Position numbers and translations under genes: made by a program. The notes below the pieces were generated by a model. The model was not told the origin of the DNA, ran no database searches, and worked only from the letters and a program-made list of their open reading frames with translations. DNA of 25,382 bases from Myxococcaceae bacterium (GTDB taxonomy: Bacteria; Myxococcota; Myxococcia; Myxococcales; Myxococcaceae), in NCBI GenBank assembly GCA_045802665.1, contig JBJMQN010000227.1, positions 1-25,382 on the forward strand. Reading direction: 5' to 3'. Positions 1 to 8,835 of the stretch are shown in pieces (position 1 is the stretch's first letter; every line of letters begins with the position of its first letter).

Positions 1-3000
1 GACGTCGCCGGTAACTCGGAGGCGGTGAAGACGGAGGCCTACGTCATCACTCAGCCCGATACGACGGCGCCCACGACCACGGCCACTCCGCCAGGCGGCA
101 CGTACAGGGCGAACCAGAGCGTCGCACTGAGCTGCAACGATGGCACCGGCGGCAGCGGCTGCCAGTCCATCTATTACACGCTGGATGGCAGCACGCCGAC
201 GACCGCGTCCGCGACTTACTCCACGCCGATCAGCATCACTGCCAACACGACCATCAAGTTCTTCGCCGTGGACGTCGCCGGCAATCAGGAGGCCGTGAAG
301 ACGGCGGCCTACGTGATCGACAAGGTCGCGCCGACCACGACGAGCAACCCCCAGTTCTCGGGCACCTTCTATGGCCCGACGCAGATCACGCTCACCTGCA
401 CGGACAACACCGGCGGCACCGGCTGCAGCGACACCCGCTACTCGGTGAACGGTGGGACTTACACGACGTACACAGGTCCGTTCACCGTCCCCGCGACGTC
501 GACCCCGAGCACGGTGCAGTTCTATTCGGTGGACGTCGCCGGCAACTCCGAGCCGTCCCACTATCTGCAGCTGACCTTCGACACGACTCCGCCCGCGGTC
601 CTGAGCGTGGCTCCGGGGAACGGCGCTACCACCTCGGTGCTGACCTCGGTCATCGTCACGTTCAGCAAGCGGATGGATCCGACGACGCTGAATGGCTCCA
701 CGTTCCTCTTGAGCGGGGGGGCCACCGGGACCGTGACGTACAGCGCGTACAAGGGCACCGCGACCTTCATCCCGAGCGCACCCCTCAGCTTCTCCACCAA
801 CTACACGTTCACCATCACCACCGGCGCGAAGGACGAGGGCGGAAACGCGATGTCGGCGCCCTTCACCTCTACCTTCACGACGCTCGGCCCTTCGCAGGTG
901 ATCTCCGGAAGCTCCGCCGCGGACATGCGTTCGCCCGCGGCCGCGTTCAACTCCGCCGGCAGAGGCATCGCGCTCTGGTCCGCGTGGAAGGGCAACCCGA
1001 GCTGCGACACGCTCTATTCGATCTTCGATTCGGTGACCCAGAGCTGGTCTCCCGAAGCCGTCGTCCCCGGCTCCTCCGGATGCGGCGCCTCGCAAGTCGT
1101 CTCCAACGGGACAGGGTTCCTCGTCTCGCATCCTTCGTCCGGCGGCGCGGTGCTCCGGTCGTTCGACGGCACCAACTTCGCCGCTCCGATGCAGCTGCCC
1201 ACGGGCGCGTCCCCTCAAGTCATCGCGTCCAATGGCAGTGGGTACGCGATCGCGTGGGTCGCCTATGTGAGCGGCGGCAGCTTCTCGACGTATTACGTGC
1301 GCGCATCCGTGTTCGATGGCACGAGCTGGACCACGCCCACTGACATCACCCAGGGGTTCCAGGACGGCATCGAGCTCGTCGCGGGCGGCGCCAATTACCT
1401 GCTCACCGCGTGGACGCCGAGCAGCATCCTCACCGTCGCGCTATGGGACGGGACGAGCTGGGTGACGACGAGCAGCCCCGCCACCGGCGTCAGCGCGATC
1501 GCGGGCACCTCGTACACCACCGGTCGCATCAATTGCGGCACCGCGTGGAACGGATCGCAGTTCCGCCTCGCGTGGGGCGGTAACAATGGCCACTACTACT
1601 ACTCGGATCTCTCGGCCTCGAACACGTGGGGCACGCCGGTGGACTTCGACACGCTGCCCGCGGCGACGCAGGGCGTGCGCCTCATCTCGAACGGCTCAGG
1701 CGGGTACGCCGTCCTCTACGGCGAGTACGGCACCACTCACCTCCGCATCGACACCGGCACCGGGTTCGGTCCGGTCACCAACCTTCCCAACGCCGGAAAC
1801 CTCGTTCGGGTGACCGGCGCCAGCAATGGCACCAGCTACGCCTTCGCCTGGAACCGCGATACGGGCAGCAGCTACTACGCGACCTACAACGGCAGTTGGA
1901 GCGTCGCGACGGCGCTTTCTGCCAGCGCGCACGACACGATCCTCGCCCGGCAGGCGAACAAGTACCGGATCCTCTACGACGATCTCACCGCGTCGGCCGT
2001 GCAGGTGTTCGCGCTCGGCCACGACGGGACGACGGCGGATGCGGCCCCCGCGGCGCTGCTCACCCAGCCGCACGTCGGCTCCGCGCTCGCGGACGTGAAG
2101 ATGGCCGCGAATAGCAGCGGGCAGATCCTCGCGCTGTGGCCGCAATGGAACAAGCGCGGCTCGAGCCTGTACTCGAACTTCTACAACGGCACCGCCTGGA
2201 CCGGCGCCGCCGAGCTCGTGCCAGACCGCGACAACGTGGACCTCGCCTCGGACGGCTCGAACTTCGTGATGACCTACCTCGGCAGCTACACCGTCTTCGG
2301 CCGGCCGTACACCGTGGGCACCGGCTTCGGACCGGAAGTGGCGCTCAGCGCCGTGGGCAACAACAGCAACAACTCGCCGGGTCGCCCGCGCATCGCCTCC
2401 GATGGCACGCGCTATCTCGCGGTCTGGGCGCAAAGCAACGGCGTCGCCGTCAGCATTTACGGAAACTCCCTCGCCGCGGGCGCGTGGACCGGCAAGTTCC
2501 TCCTCGAGAGCATCAACACCACCGCGTACGCCCCCGCCGTCGCTGGCATCCCGGGCAATGGGTTGATGGCGGTCTGGGGACAGGGCACGCACGTCTACGC
2601 GAGCAACTACAAGAGCAACGGCACCACGTACGTCGCCTCGGCGCCGGCCACGATCGACTCCGTGAACACGAGCCTTTTCGTGGGAGTCGAAGTAGGCGCG
2701 AGCCCGTCGGGTTTTGCCGCGGCGTGGATGCAACAGAACGCGAGCCAGTACCTGACCTTCCGCGCCAACGTCTTCGCCGGCGGTGCCTGGGGCGCAACGG
2801 ACACCCAACTCTCTCTGAGCAACACCACCGCTCAGCCGTACGTCGTCTCCAACGGCACGAGCTACCTCGTGGCCTGGACGGACTATCAGTCGGTCTACAC
2901 GGACGTGTACTCGGGTGGGGCGTGGGGCGCGGTGCAGCAGCCCATTCCCACGGGGTCATCTGGGCCGGGCGCGTTGTTCGCCTCCAACGGCAGCTCCTAC

Positions 3001-3225
3001 GAGGCCGTCTGCCCGCAAGGCTATCCGCAGGGATCCGTCTATCCGGTGAACGCCGCCCGCTATTCCGGTGGCGCGTGGGCCCCCATGAGCAGTCTCAACG
3101 ATGCGCCCGGCCGCGAGTCCGGACTCGCCCTGATCGCCGCGGGGAGTGCCTACGTCGCCGCGTACACCCAGACCAGCGTCACTGATCCCACGATCGACGA
3201 GGTGAGGGTGATGAAGGGCTTCTGA
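1..3225 (+). CDS. Large secreted/surface protein, 5'-truncated: tandem ~90-aa Ig/Fn3-like (chitobiase C-terminal-like) repeats, an SbsA/Big_5-type Ig domain, then a repetitive beta-propeller region
   Basis: Frame 1 is open from base 1 (DVAGNSEAVKTEAY), so the listed GTG at 25 is internal. DVAGN(S/Q)E recurs at nt 1, 271 and 532. DTTPPAVLSV...VTFSKRMDPTTL...NYTFTITTGAKDEGGNAM (580-885) resembles Big_5. After nt 886 the blade motif ASNG-x-x-Y-x-x-A-W recurs. Ser/Thr/Gly-rich composition. Confidence 0.85.
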   Translation, partial: DVAGNSEAVKTEAYVITQPDTTAPTTTATPPGGTYRANQSVALSCNDGTGGSGCQSIYYTLDGSTPTTASATYSTPISITANTTIKFFAVDVAGNQEAVKTAAYVIDKVAPTTTSNPQFSGTFYGPTQITLTCTDNTGGTGCSDTRYSVNGGTYTTYTGPFTVPATSTPSTVQFYSVDVAGNSEPSHYLQLTFDTTPPAVLSVAPGNGATTSVLTSVIVTFSKRMDPTTLNGSTFLLSGGATGTVTYSAYKGTATFIPSAPLSFSTNYTFTITTGAKDEGGNAMSAPFTSTFTTLGPSQVISGSSAADMRSPAAAFNSAGRGIALWSAWKGNPSCDTLYSIFDSVTQSWSPEAVVPGSSGCGASQVVSNGTGFLVSHPSSGGAVLRSFDGTNFAAPMQLPTGASPQVIASNGSGYAIAWVAYVSGGSFSTYYVRASVFDGTSWTTPTDITQGFQDGIELVAGGANYLLTAWTPSSILTVALWDGTSWVTTSSPATGVSAIAGTSYTTGRINCGTAWNGSQFRLAWGGNNGHYYYSDLSASNTWGTPVDFDTLPAATQGVRLISNGSGGYAVLYGEYGTTHLRIDTGTGFGPVTNLPNAGNLVRVTGASNGTSYAFAWNRDTGSSYYATYNGSWSVATALSASAHDTILARQANKYRILYDDLTASAVQVFALGHDGTTADAAPAALLTQPHVGSALADVKMAANSSGQILALWPQWNKRGSSLYSNFYNGTAWTGAAELVPDRDNVDLASDGSNFVMTYLGSYTVFGRPYTVGTGFGPEVALSAVGNNSNNSPGRPRIASDGTRYLAVWAQSNGVAVSIYGNSLAAGAWTGKFLLESINTTAYAPAVAGIPGNGLMAVWGQGTHVYASNYKSNGTTYVASAPATIDSVNTSLFVGVEVGASPSGFAAAWMQQNASQYLTFRANVFAGGAWGATDTQLSLSNTTAQPYVVSNGTSYLVAWTDYQSVYTDVYSGGAWGAVQQPIPTGSSGPGALFASNGSSYEAVCPQGYPQGSVYPVNAARYSGGAWAPMSSLNDAPGRESGLALIAAGSAYVAAYTQTSVTDPTIDEVRVMKGF

Positions 3226-3276
3226 TCGCCTATGCTGTTCCGCTGGTTTTTCCCAACGGACTCGTAGGAGCAGCCC

Positions 3277-4491
3277 ATGTCGGTTCGCGGCATTCGTCAG
3301 GGTGTTCAGAACGCGCTGAAGGACGGGAAGGTCGACGCCAAAGAGCTCGACAAGATCGCTCTGGATGCTCGCGATGACGGCAAGATCGACGCGTCCGAGA
3401 AGGCGGAGCTGCAGAAGCTCGTCGGCAACTCGAAGGTCGATCAGGGGCGGCTCAACGAGCACCTGACCGCGATGAAGGAAGATGCGTTCGTGGGCGGCTC
3501 GGTCAAGGGCACGCTCAAGGGCATCGACAACCGCTACGCCGTCCTCTCCACCACGGTCCCCGGGCTCACCGCGAAGGTCGGCCTGTTCGACAACGTCGTC
3601 GGCATCGAAGGCGTCGCGAAGCAGCCGGGGCGGCTCGAAGTTCTGGTCGAAGGCAAGAACCTCATCACCGACGTGAAGGCCGGCGAGAAGGCCTCCGCGG
3701 TGCTGGACCGCATCAAGGCGCAGCTTCCGGATGGCGTTCGCGGCCGCGTGTTCGGCGGGACGATCAACACGGCGGACGCGGCGAAGTTCGAAGGCGTCAC
3801 CCCGTCGCAGACCGAGAAGACCGCGCACATCGCGATGTACCGCCCGCAGTCGCTGACGCTCAAGAAAGGCGAGAAGCCGCTGCGCGTCGTCATCACCGGC
3901 TACGGCCCGTTCCCGGGCGTGGACAAGAATCCGTCGGGCGAGCTCGCCAAGCAGCTCGGCGCGATGGGCATCAAGGGCGCGAAGGTTGAGTACCAGGTGC
4001 TCCCCGTCACGCACGAAGACGTGGACGCGTTCGTGAAGAAGATGAAGGAGAACCCGCCGGACGTGGTCATCTCCATGGGCGTGGCGCCGTTCTCTCAGGT
4101 GGAGCCGCGCGGCCAGAACTGGAAGAGCGCCTATCCGGACGCGAATGGGAACACCGTCGCCGAAGGCAAGATCGAGCAGAACGGCGGTGAGGATCTCCCC
4201 ACCGGCCTGCCTCAGGACGACATCGGCATCGCGCTGCAGAAGACCTTCGGCCACGCGGCCATGACGGACGCTCACACGAAGAGCCCGGACGACAGCGCGT
4301 ATCTGTGCAACTACATGAACTACCGGCTGCTCGAGTCCTTCCCGAAGGGGAGCGGCACGATGGCGGGCTTCGTTCACGTCACCGACCACACCACCGCGGA
4401 CGAGATGGAGACGGTCGTCGAGGCCGCCGTCGCGCGCCGCCTCGAACAGCGTCGAGCGTCCGAAGCGCTGCCTACTCCTCCCACCTCATAA
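3277..4491 (+). CDS. pcp: Pyroglutamyl-peptidase I (peptidase C15) domain fused to a ~200-aa N-terminal extension
   Basis: From nt 3880: VVITGYGPFPGVDKNPS, PDVVISMG, QVEPRGQN (Glu, nt 4102), PDANGN, AYLCNY (Cys, nt 4306), GFVHV (His, nt 4375). This matches the C15 Glu-Cys-His triad in order. AGGAG RBS just upstream. Confidence 0.85.
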   Translation: MSVRGIRQGVQNALKDGKVDAKELDKIALDARDDGKIDASEKAELQKLVGNSKVDQGRLNEHLTAMKEDAFVGGSVKGTLKGIDNRYAVLSTTVPGLTAKVGLFDNVVGIEGVAKQPGRLEVLVEGKNLITDVKAGEKASAVLDRIKAQLPDGVRGRVFGGTINTADAAKFEGVTPSQTEKTAHIAMYRPQSLTLKKGEKPLRVVITGYGPFPGVDKNPSGELAKQLGAMGIKGAKVEYQVLPVTHEDVDAFVKKMKENPPDVVISMGVAPFSQVEPRGQNWKSAYPDANGNTVAEGKIEQNGGEDLPTGLPQDDIGIALQKTFGHAAMTDAHTKSPDDSAYLCNYMNYRLLESFPKGSGTMAGFVHVTDHTTADEMETVVEAAVARRLEQRRASEALPTPPTS

Positions 4492-4599
4492 GCAATCGCC
4501 GCTTGCCAAAGGCGTACCCCGCTTCAGATCGATGCGGCGGGTCGCGCGTTGCAGGGATAAGGTCTTTTCGGTCTCGCCAGGAAAGGGTCAGTCACCACC

Positions 4600-5334
4600 A
4601 TGTGGGAACGGTTCAAGAGGGCCATGCGCAGCTTCGCCGGATTCTTCGTGAGCAGCATCGAAGACCCGGAGCTCATCCTCGAGCAGAACATCCGCGACCT
4701 GAACGATCAGGTCCCCAAGATGAACGAGTCCATCGCCATGGTTCGCGCGAACCAGACGCTGCTCGAAAAAGAGAACCTCAAGTACCGGACCGAGGTCGGT
4801 GATCTCACCGCCAAGGTGAAGGCCGCCATTCAGGCCGGCCGCGACGATCTCGCCGCTCAGTACGCCACGCGCCTGCAGATGGAGAAGAGCGCGCTCGCCC
4901 GGAACGAAGGCCAGCTCGAGACGGCGAAGGCCGCGTACGAGAAGGCGCTGAACGTGAAGAAGGCGTTCATGCGCGAGAAGGACAAGAAGACTCAGGAGGC
5001 GATGAACGCGATCCGCGACGCTCGCCGCGCCAAGTGGCAGGCCAAGGTCGCGGACGCGATGGAGTCCTTCCAGGTCGCCGGCATCGACGCCACGCACGAC
5101 GAGATGATCCGCAAGGTGGAGGAGCAGACCGCCGTGAACGAAGCGCGCATGACGATGGCGCTCGAGTCGGTGGATCACCAGGCGGTGCAGATCGAAGAAG
5201 AGGCGGAGAAAATCCAGGCGCAGGAGCTGGTGAAGCAGTTCAAGATGGAGATGGGGCTCAACAGCCCGGCTCCGGTCTCGGACGTCTCCGGCGGTGGCGA
5301 GAAGACGATCGGCAAGAAGGTGGAAGTGAAGTAG
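4600..5334 (+). CDS. pspA: PspA/IM30 (Vipp1) family protein
   Basis: [12 protein letters not shown]-terminal amphipathic helix, [15 protein letters not shown] signature, [10 protein letters not shown] motif, long coiled coil; 244 aa. Confidence 0.95.
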   Translation: MWERFKRAMRSFAGFFVSSIEDPELILEQNIRDLNDQVPKMNESIAMVRANQTLLEKENLKYRTEVGDLTAKVKAAIQAGRDDLAAQYATRLQMEKSALARNEGQLETAKAAYEKALNVKKAFMREKDKKTQEAMNAIRDARRAKWQAKVADAMESFQVAGIDATHDEMIRKVEEQTAVNEARMTMALESVDHQAVQIEEEAEKIQAQELVKQFKMEMGLNSPAPVSDVSGGGEKTIGKKVEVK

Positions 5335-5351
5335 CCGAGCCGTTTTTGAAA

Positions 5352-6530
5352 ATGACATTCAAGCGAGGCCCCGGCCTACCCCTCTTCGTTGCATTGCTGG
5401 TGGTAGTCGGGGCCTACGCTTTTGCGAGCCACTTTGGGCTCGTCGATCGCGCGCTCAACCGGTTCTTCCCGGAGAAGGCGCAGAAGGCGCGGCTGTCCCC
5501 CGGTGACTTTCCGGCGGGCGTCGCGGCACCGGTGGGAGATCTCGCCTCGGTCCCGCTTCGGCCCGTGCTGATCGGCTTCACGCCGCGCGGGTCGTCCGCG
5601 TCCCTGCTCCTCGCGACCGGCGGGATGACGATCCCGTCTCCGGAGACGCGGCCACCGGAAGGGCTCTTGAAGACCGCCTACGCGCTGGATGCGAGAGCCG
5701 TGGTGTTCGCGCGCGAGGAGGATCTGCGGAAGGCGCTCGCGGCGGGGGCGGAGGCGGGCGGGGTGGACATGGCCGCCTTGTCGGTGGACCGGCTCGCGCA
5801 GTGGGGCGCTTCGCTGAGAGACGCGGCGCCGAGGACCCTGCTCCTGCTCGGAAGAAGCCGTGGGCAGGAGGCGTTGGCGGCGGTGAACGTGCGCACCCTC
5901 GCGGAGCTCAAAGGCAAACGCATCGCCAGCTATCGCCAGGGCTCCGCGCATTACTTCGCGATGTGGCTGCTCTCGCGCGCGGGGCTGAACGTGACCGATG
6001 TCACGTGGGTGGATCTCGGCTCGACGATCGACGCGGGCGCGGCGCTTCGAGAGGGCAAGGCGGACGCGGTGGCGGGGCTGCTCGCGGACGTCGAGCTCGC
6101 GGCGAAGGATCGCGGCGGGAACATTCTGGCGACGACGGCGGACGCCCCGCATCTGGTGTCCACCGTGCTGGTCGCGCGAGGCGACTTCGCGGCGCGCTAT
6201 CCGGACGCGGTGAGGCGGACGCTGCGAGGGCTTCTGGAAGCGGCGAATCAGGTGAACAAGGATCCGATGGCCGGCGCGCGGCTGCTCGGAGAGGCGGCGC
6301 CGTACCTGGGCGATCCCGTGGAAGCGATCAAGAGCGCCCCTCCGACGACGCTTGCGGACAATCTCGCCTTCTTCGGTCTTTCAGGGGAGGCGCCCGTCAC
6401 CTATGACGAATTGTTCGGGAGCGCCTCGGCGCTCTACCTGAAGCTCGGGCGCACGAGCGCGGCGCTCCGGCCAGAGGACACGAGAGACCTGAACGCGCTC
6501 AAGTACGTCGCCGAGGCAAAAGGTCCCTGA
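5352..6530 (+). CDS. Membrane-anchored NMT1/THI5/SsuA-like substrate-binding-fold protein
   Basis: Start moved to the ATG at 5352 (MTFKRG), in frame with the listed 5034 ORF and just after the pspA stop. N-terminal TM ([14 protein letters not shown]). Motifs [19 protein letters not shown]...[40 protein letters not shown] fit the NMT1/SsuA class; 392 aa. Confidence 0.75.
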   Translation: MTFKRGPGLPLFVALLVVVGAYAFASHFGLVDRALNRFFPEKAQKARLSPGDFPAGVAAPVGDLASVPLRPVLIGFTPRGSSASLLLATGGMTIPSPETRPPEGLLKTAYALDARAVVFAREEDLRKALAAGAEAGGVDMAALSVDRLAQWGASLRDAAPRTLLLLGRSRGQEALAAVNVRTLAELKGKRIASYRQGSAHYFAMWLLSRAGLNVTDVTWVDLGSTIDAGAALREGKADAVAGLLADVELAAKDRGGNILATTADAPHLVSTVLVARGDFAARYPDAVRRTLRGLLEAANQVNKDPMAGARLLGEAAPYLGDPVEAIKSAPPTTLADNLAFFGLSGEAPVTYDELFGSASALYLKLGRTSAALRPEDTRDLNALKYVAEAKGP

Positions 6531-6531
6531 C

Positions 6532-7335
6532 GTGGCGAAGCCGCCCAACTACATCAAGGCCGCGTTCCTGCTCCCGGCGAATCTGGTGGCCCTCGGCGCG
6601 TCCGCTGTGGCGTCCGTGTTCTTCGGAGATGCGACGCCGATGCTGTTCGCGTTGGGCGCGGAGAGCCTGTACCTGGGAACGCTCTCGTCCATGCCGCGCT
6701 TTCAGCGAGCCGTCAGGTCGCGTGAATCAGGCGATGAACCCGCGAGCGAGGTCGTCGCGCTCCTGGAGGATCTCGCGCCCTCTCAGCGCGAGCACTACTT
6801 CTTCCTGAAAGATCTCCGCGACAAGATCCTCGGCAACTACCGGAAGCTCCCCGGCGGCCGAGTGCTCGCCGCTGGCTCCGAACCCCGCATCGACGCGCTG
6901 CTGACCAACTTCCTGCGGCTGCTCAGCACGCTGAACAACTACCGGAAGTACCTCTCCGCGACGGACCACAAGGAGCTGCAGACCGAGATCGCGTCGTTGA
7001 AGTCCGAGGTGGCCTCCGAGACGAACGAACGGCTTCGCGAGGTGAAGCAGAAGCGCATCGAGATCCTCGACAAGCGCAGCAAGCGCTTCGAGCAGGCCGC
7101 CGAGAGCAGGGAAGTGGTGAGCCATCAGCTCGCTGGGATCGAAGATCTGCTGAAGCTCACGCACGAGCAGTCCATCGCGATCCGCGATCCGGCGACCGTG
7201 CAGAAGCAGCTCGACGTGCTCTCCGCCGAGGTCACCGAGACCGAGGAGACCGTGCGCGAGATGGAGAAGTTCCTCGAGTTCGCCGAGGAGCTTGCGCCCG
7301 CGGTGCCGCACGGAGCGCCGACGCGGGTGAGGTGA
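6532..7335 (+). CDS. Hypothetical membrane protein: two N-terminal TM helices plus a cytoplasmic helical/coiled-coil domain
   Basis: GTG start 1 nt after the previous stop. Hydrophobic AAFLLPANLVALGASAVASVFF and MLFALGAESLYLGTL, followed by heptad-rich charged helices; typical codon usage. Confidence 0.8.
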   Translation: MAKPPNYIKAAFLLPANLVALGASAVASVFFGDATPMLFALGAESLYLGTLSSMPRFQRAVRSRESGDEPASEVVALLEDLAPSQREHYFFLKDLRDKILGNYRKLPGGRVLAAGSEPRIDALLTNFLRLLSTLNNYRKYLSATDHKELQTEIASLKSEVASETNERLREVKQKRIEILDKRSKRFEQAAESREVVSHQLAGIEDLLKLTHEQSIAIRDPATVQKQLDVLSAEVTETEETVREMEKFLEFAEELAPAVPHGAPTRVR

Positions 7336-7395
7336 GGCGGACCCGGGATGCCCATGTGACGCGACCCCGGCGTGAGGTGTATAGGTCCGCGCCTC

Positions 7396-7977
7396 ATGGA
7401 CGCTCACGATCAGAACACCGTTCCCCCTGGCAAGCTCCCGCCCACGCACGTGAAGGAGCTTCGTCAGTACGCCACCGCGATGGACAAGGAGCGGTTCGTG
7501 AAGCACCTCGGTCCCTTCGTTCTGGTGAAGGCGCCGACGCCGGAAGATCAGCAGAAGCTCGCGAAGCTGGGACAGCGCGCGACGATGCTCGCCGACAAAG
7601 CACGGCTGGACGGCTTCGCGCTCACCGCGGATCTGGATTCGCTCATCGCGACCACGCTGCCGCCGCTCAACAAGAACAAGCAGCTCACCGTGGGCCGGAC
7701 GCCGGAGAACGATCTCGTGATCGACGATCCCTCCGTCAGCAAGCGCCACGCGCTGGTGAAGTACGACGAGCAGCTCGGCCGCTTCATCGTCGCGGATCAG
7801 GGCTCGCGCAATGGCACGTCGCTGAACGGCGTGCAGATTGAGAAGACGCGCCTTGGGCTCGACGACGGAGATCTCCTGAGCTTCGGCTCCGCCCACTTTC
7901 TCTACTTCCGCACCGGGGTCCTCTACTCCCGGCTGCGCGGAGAGGATGACGGCGCCTTCGTCATCGAGCGACGGTAG
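7396..7977 (+). CDS. FHA-domain protein
   Basis: LTVGRTPENDLVIDDPSVSKRHA and DQGSRNGTSLNG are the FHA GR / SxxH / NGT motifs. ATG at 7396 preferred over the GTG at 7372. Confidence 0.92.
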   Translation: MDAHDQNTVPPGKLPPTHVKELRQYATAMDKERFVKHLGPFVLVKAPTPEDQQKLAKLGQRATMLADKARLDGFALTADLDSLIATTLPPLNKNKQLTVGRTPENDLVIDDPSVSKRHALVKYDEQLGRFIVADQGSRNGTSLNGVQIEKTRLGLDDGDLLSFGSAHFLYFRTGVLYSRLRGEDDGAFVIERR

Positions 7978-7996
7978 CTCGCGACGAGCCATGTCG

Positions 7997-8045
7997 TTGC
8001 GCCCGCAGACGGGTGTGATTACTGTCTAGACAGTCTAGACAGGAG
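7997..8045 (+). promoter_or_regulatory. Putative sigma70 promoter and operator of the toxin-antitoxin operon
   Basis: TTGCGC (7997-8002), 17 bp, TACTGT (8020-8025). Perfect palindrome ACTGTCTAGACAGT (8021-8034) and tandem GTCTAGACA x2 (8024-8041) lie between the -10 and the AGGAG RBS (8041-8045). Confidence 0.7.
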
Positions 8046-8051
8046 TCATCC

Positions 8052-8300
8052 ATGCGGTGGCAGATCCAGCAGGCGAAACAACGGTTTAGCGAGCTGGTGG
8101 ACCAGGCCCGCGAGAAGGGCCCTCAGGTTGTCACTCGCCATGGGGAAGAGGTCGCCATCGTGATGTCGATCGATGAGTACCGGCGGCTCAAGGGCGGTGG
8201 CCGAGACTTCAAGGCGTTTCTGAGGAAGGGTCCGTACGTGGACCTCGACGACGTGGATTTCGGCCGCCAACGGGACCTGCCGCGTGACGTGGATCTGTGA
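8052..8300 (+). CDS. Phd/YefM-family type II antitoxin
   Basis: WQIQQAKQRFSELVDQA...PQVVTRHGEEVAIVMSIDEYRRL matches the Phd/YefM N-terminal DNA-binding pattern; 82 aa; GTGA overlap with the PIN gene. Confidence 0.93.
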   Translation: MRWQIQQAKQRFSELVDQAREKGPQVVTRHGEEVAIVMSIDEYRRLKGGGRDFKAFLRKGPYVDLDDVDFGRQRDLPRDVDL

Positions 8301-8707
8301 GCTGCCTCGTCGATACGAATGTCGTATCGGAGCTGCGGCGCGCAAAGCCTGATCCCAGGGTGCTCCTTTGGTGGGATGGAACGCGTCCCTCCGACCTGTA
8401 CGTGAGCGTGCTCACCCTCGGTGAACTCCGGCGCGGCGTGGAGAGCCTCCGACGAAGAGATAGCCGAGGCGCTGCGGTCCTCGAGCAATGGCTGAAGGAA
8501 CTGCGTGACGATTTCGGGGAGAACATCCTGCCCGTCACTGCCGAAATCGCAGACGAGTGGGCGCGGCTGAGCGTTCCGGATCCCTTGCCGACAGTCGACG
8601 GTCTCCTGGCGGCCACCGCGCTCGTCCACGGTCTCACGCTCGTCACGCGGAACGTGACCGACGTGAAACGCACTGGCGTGCGCGTCCTGAACCCGTTCAC
8701 GAAGTAG
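8297..8707 (+). CDS. vapC: VapC/PIN-domain toxin
   Basis: LVDTNVVSE, VLTLGELRRG, DGLLAATA, LVTRNVTD carry the PIN acidic quartet; 136 aa. Confidence 0.95.
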   Translation: MSCLVDTNVVSELRRAKPDPRVLLWWDGTRPSDLYVSVLTLGELRRGVESLRRRDSRGAAVLEQWLKELRDDFGENILPVTAEIADEWARLSVPDPLPTVDGLLAATALVHGLTLVTRNVTDVKRTGVRVLNPFTK

Positions 8708-8751
8708 CGCGTCCGTTTTCGGCGCTCGCCCGACGCAGGCGACGCGGGACC

Positions 8752-8772
8752 GTGAGCCACCGCGCTCACTTT
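8752..8772 (+). terminator. Possible intrinsic terminator after vapC
   Basis: GTGAGC-caccgc-GCTCAC followed by only TTT; short stem, weak U-tract. Confidence 0.35.
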
Positions 8773-8835
8773 GAATCCGGCGCCTGTCTCTTCCGTTGAC
8801 TCTCCATAAGGGCCGTCTTTAGTTCGGCAGACCTC

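Noticed and set aside
1-560. Direct DNA repeats GACGTCGCCGG(T/C)AA at 1, 271 and 532 as a possible CRISPR or mobile-element repeat
   Set aside because: Spacing is 270 and 261 nt, in frame, and fully explained by tandem protein domains.
5034-5351. Open frame overlapping the pspA 3' half and running into the binding-protein gene, suggesting a -1 frameshift PspA fusion
   Set aside because: I found no canonical slippery heptamer, the overlap translation is low-complexity Arg/Gly, and the downstream gene has its own ATG and TM leader.
8796-8825. Sigma70 promoter for the lipoprotein/ABC unit (TTGACT at 8796-8801)
   Set aside because: Good -35, but no convincing -10 at 16-18 bp (TTTAGT, TTAGTT or TAGTTC); not enough support.
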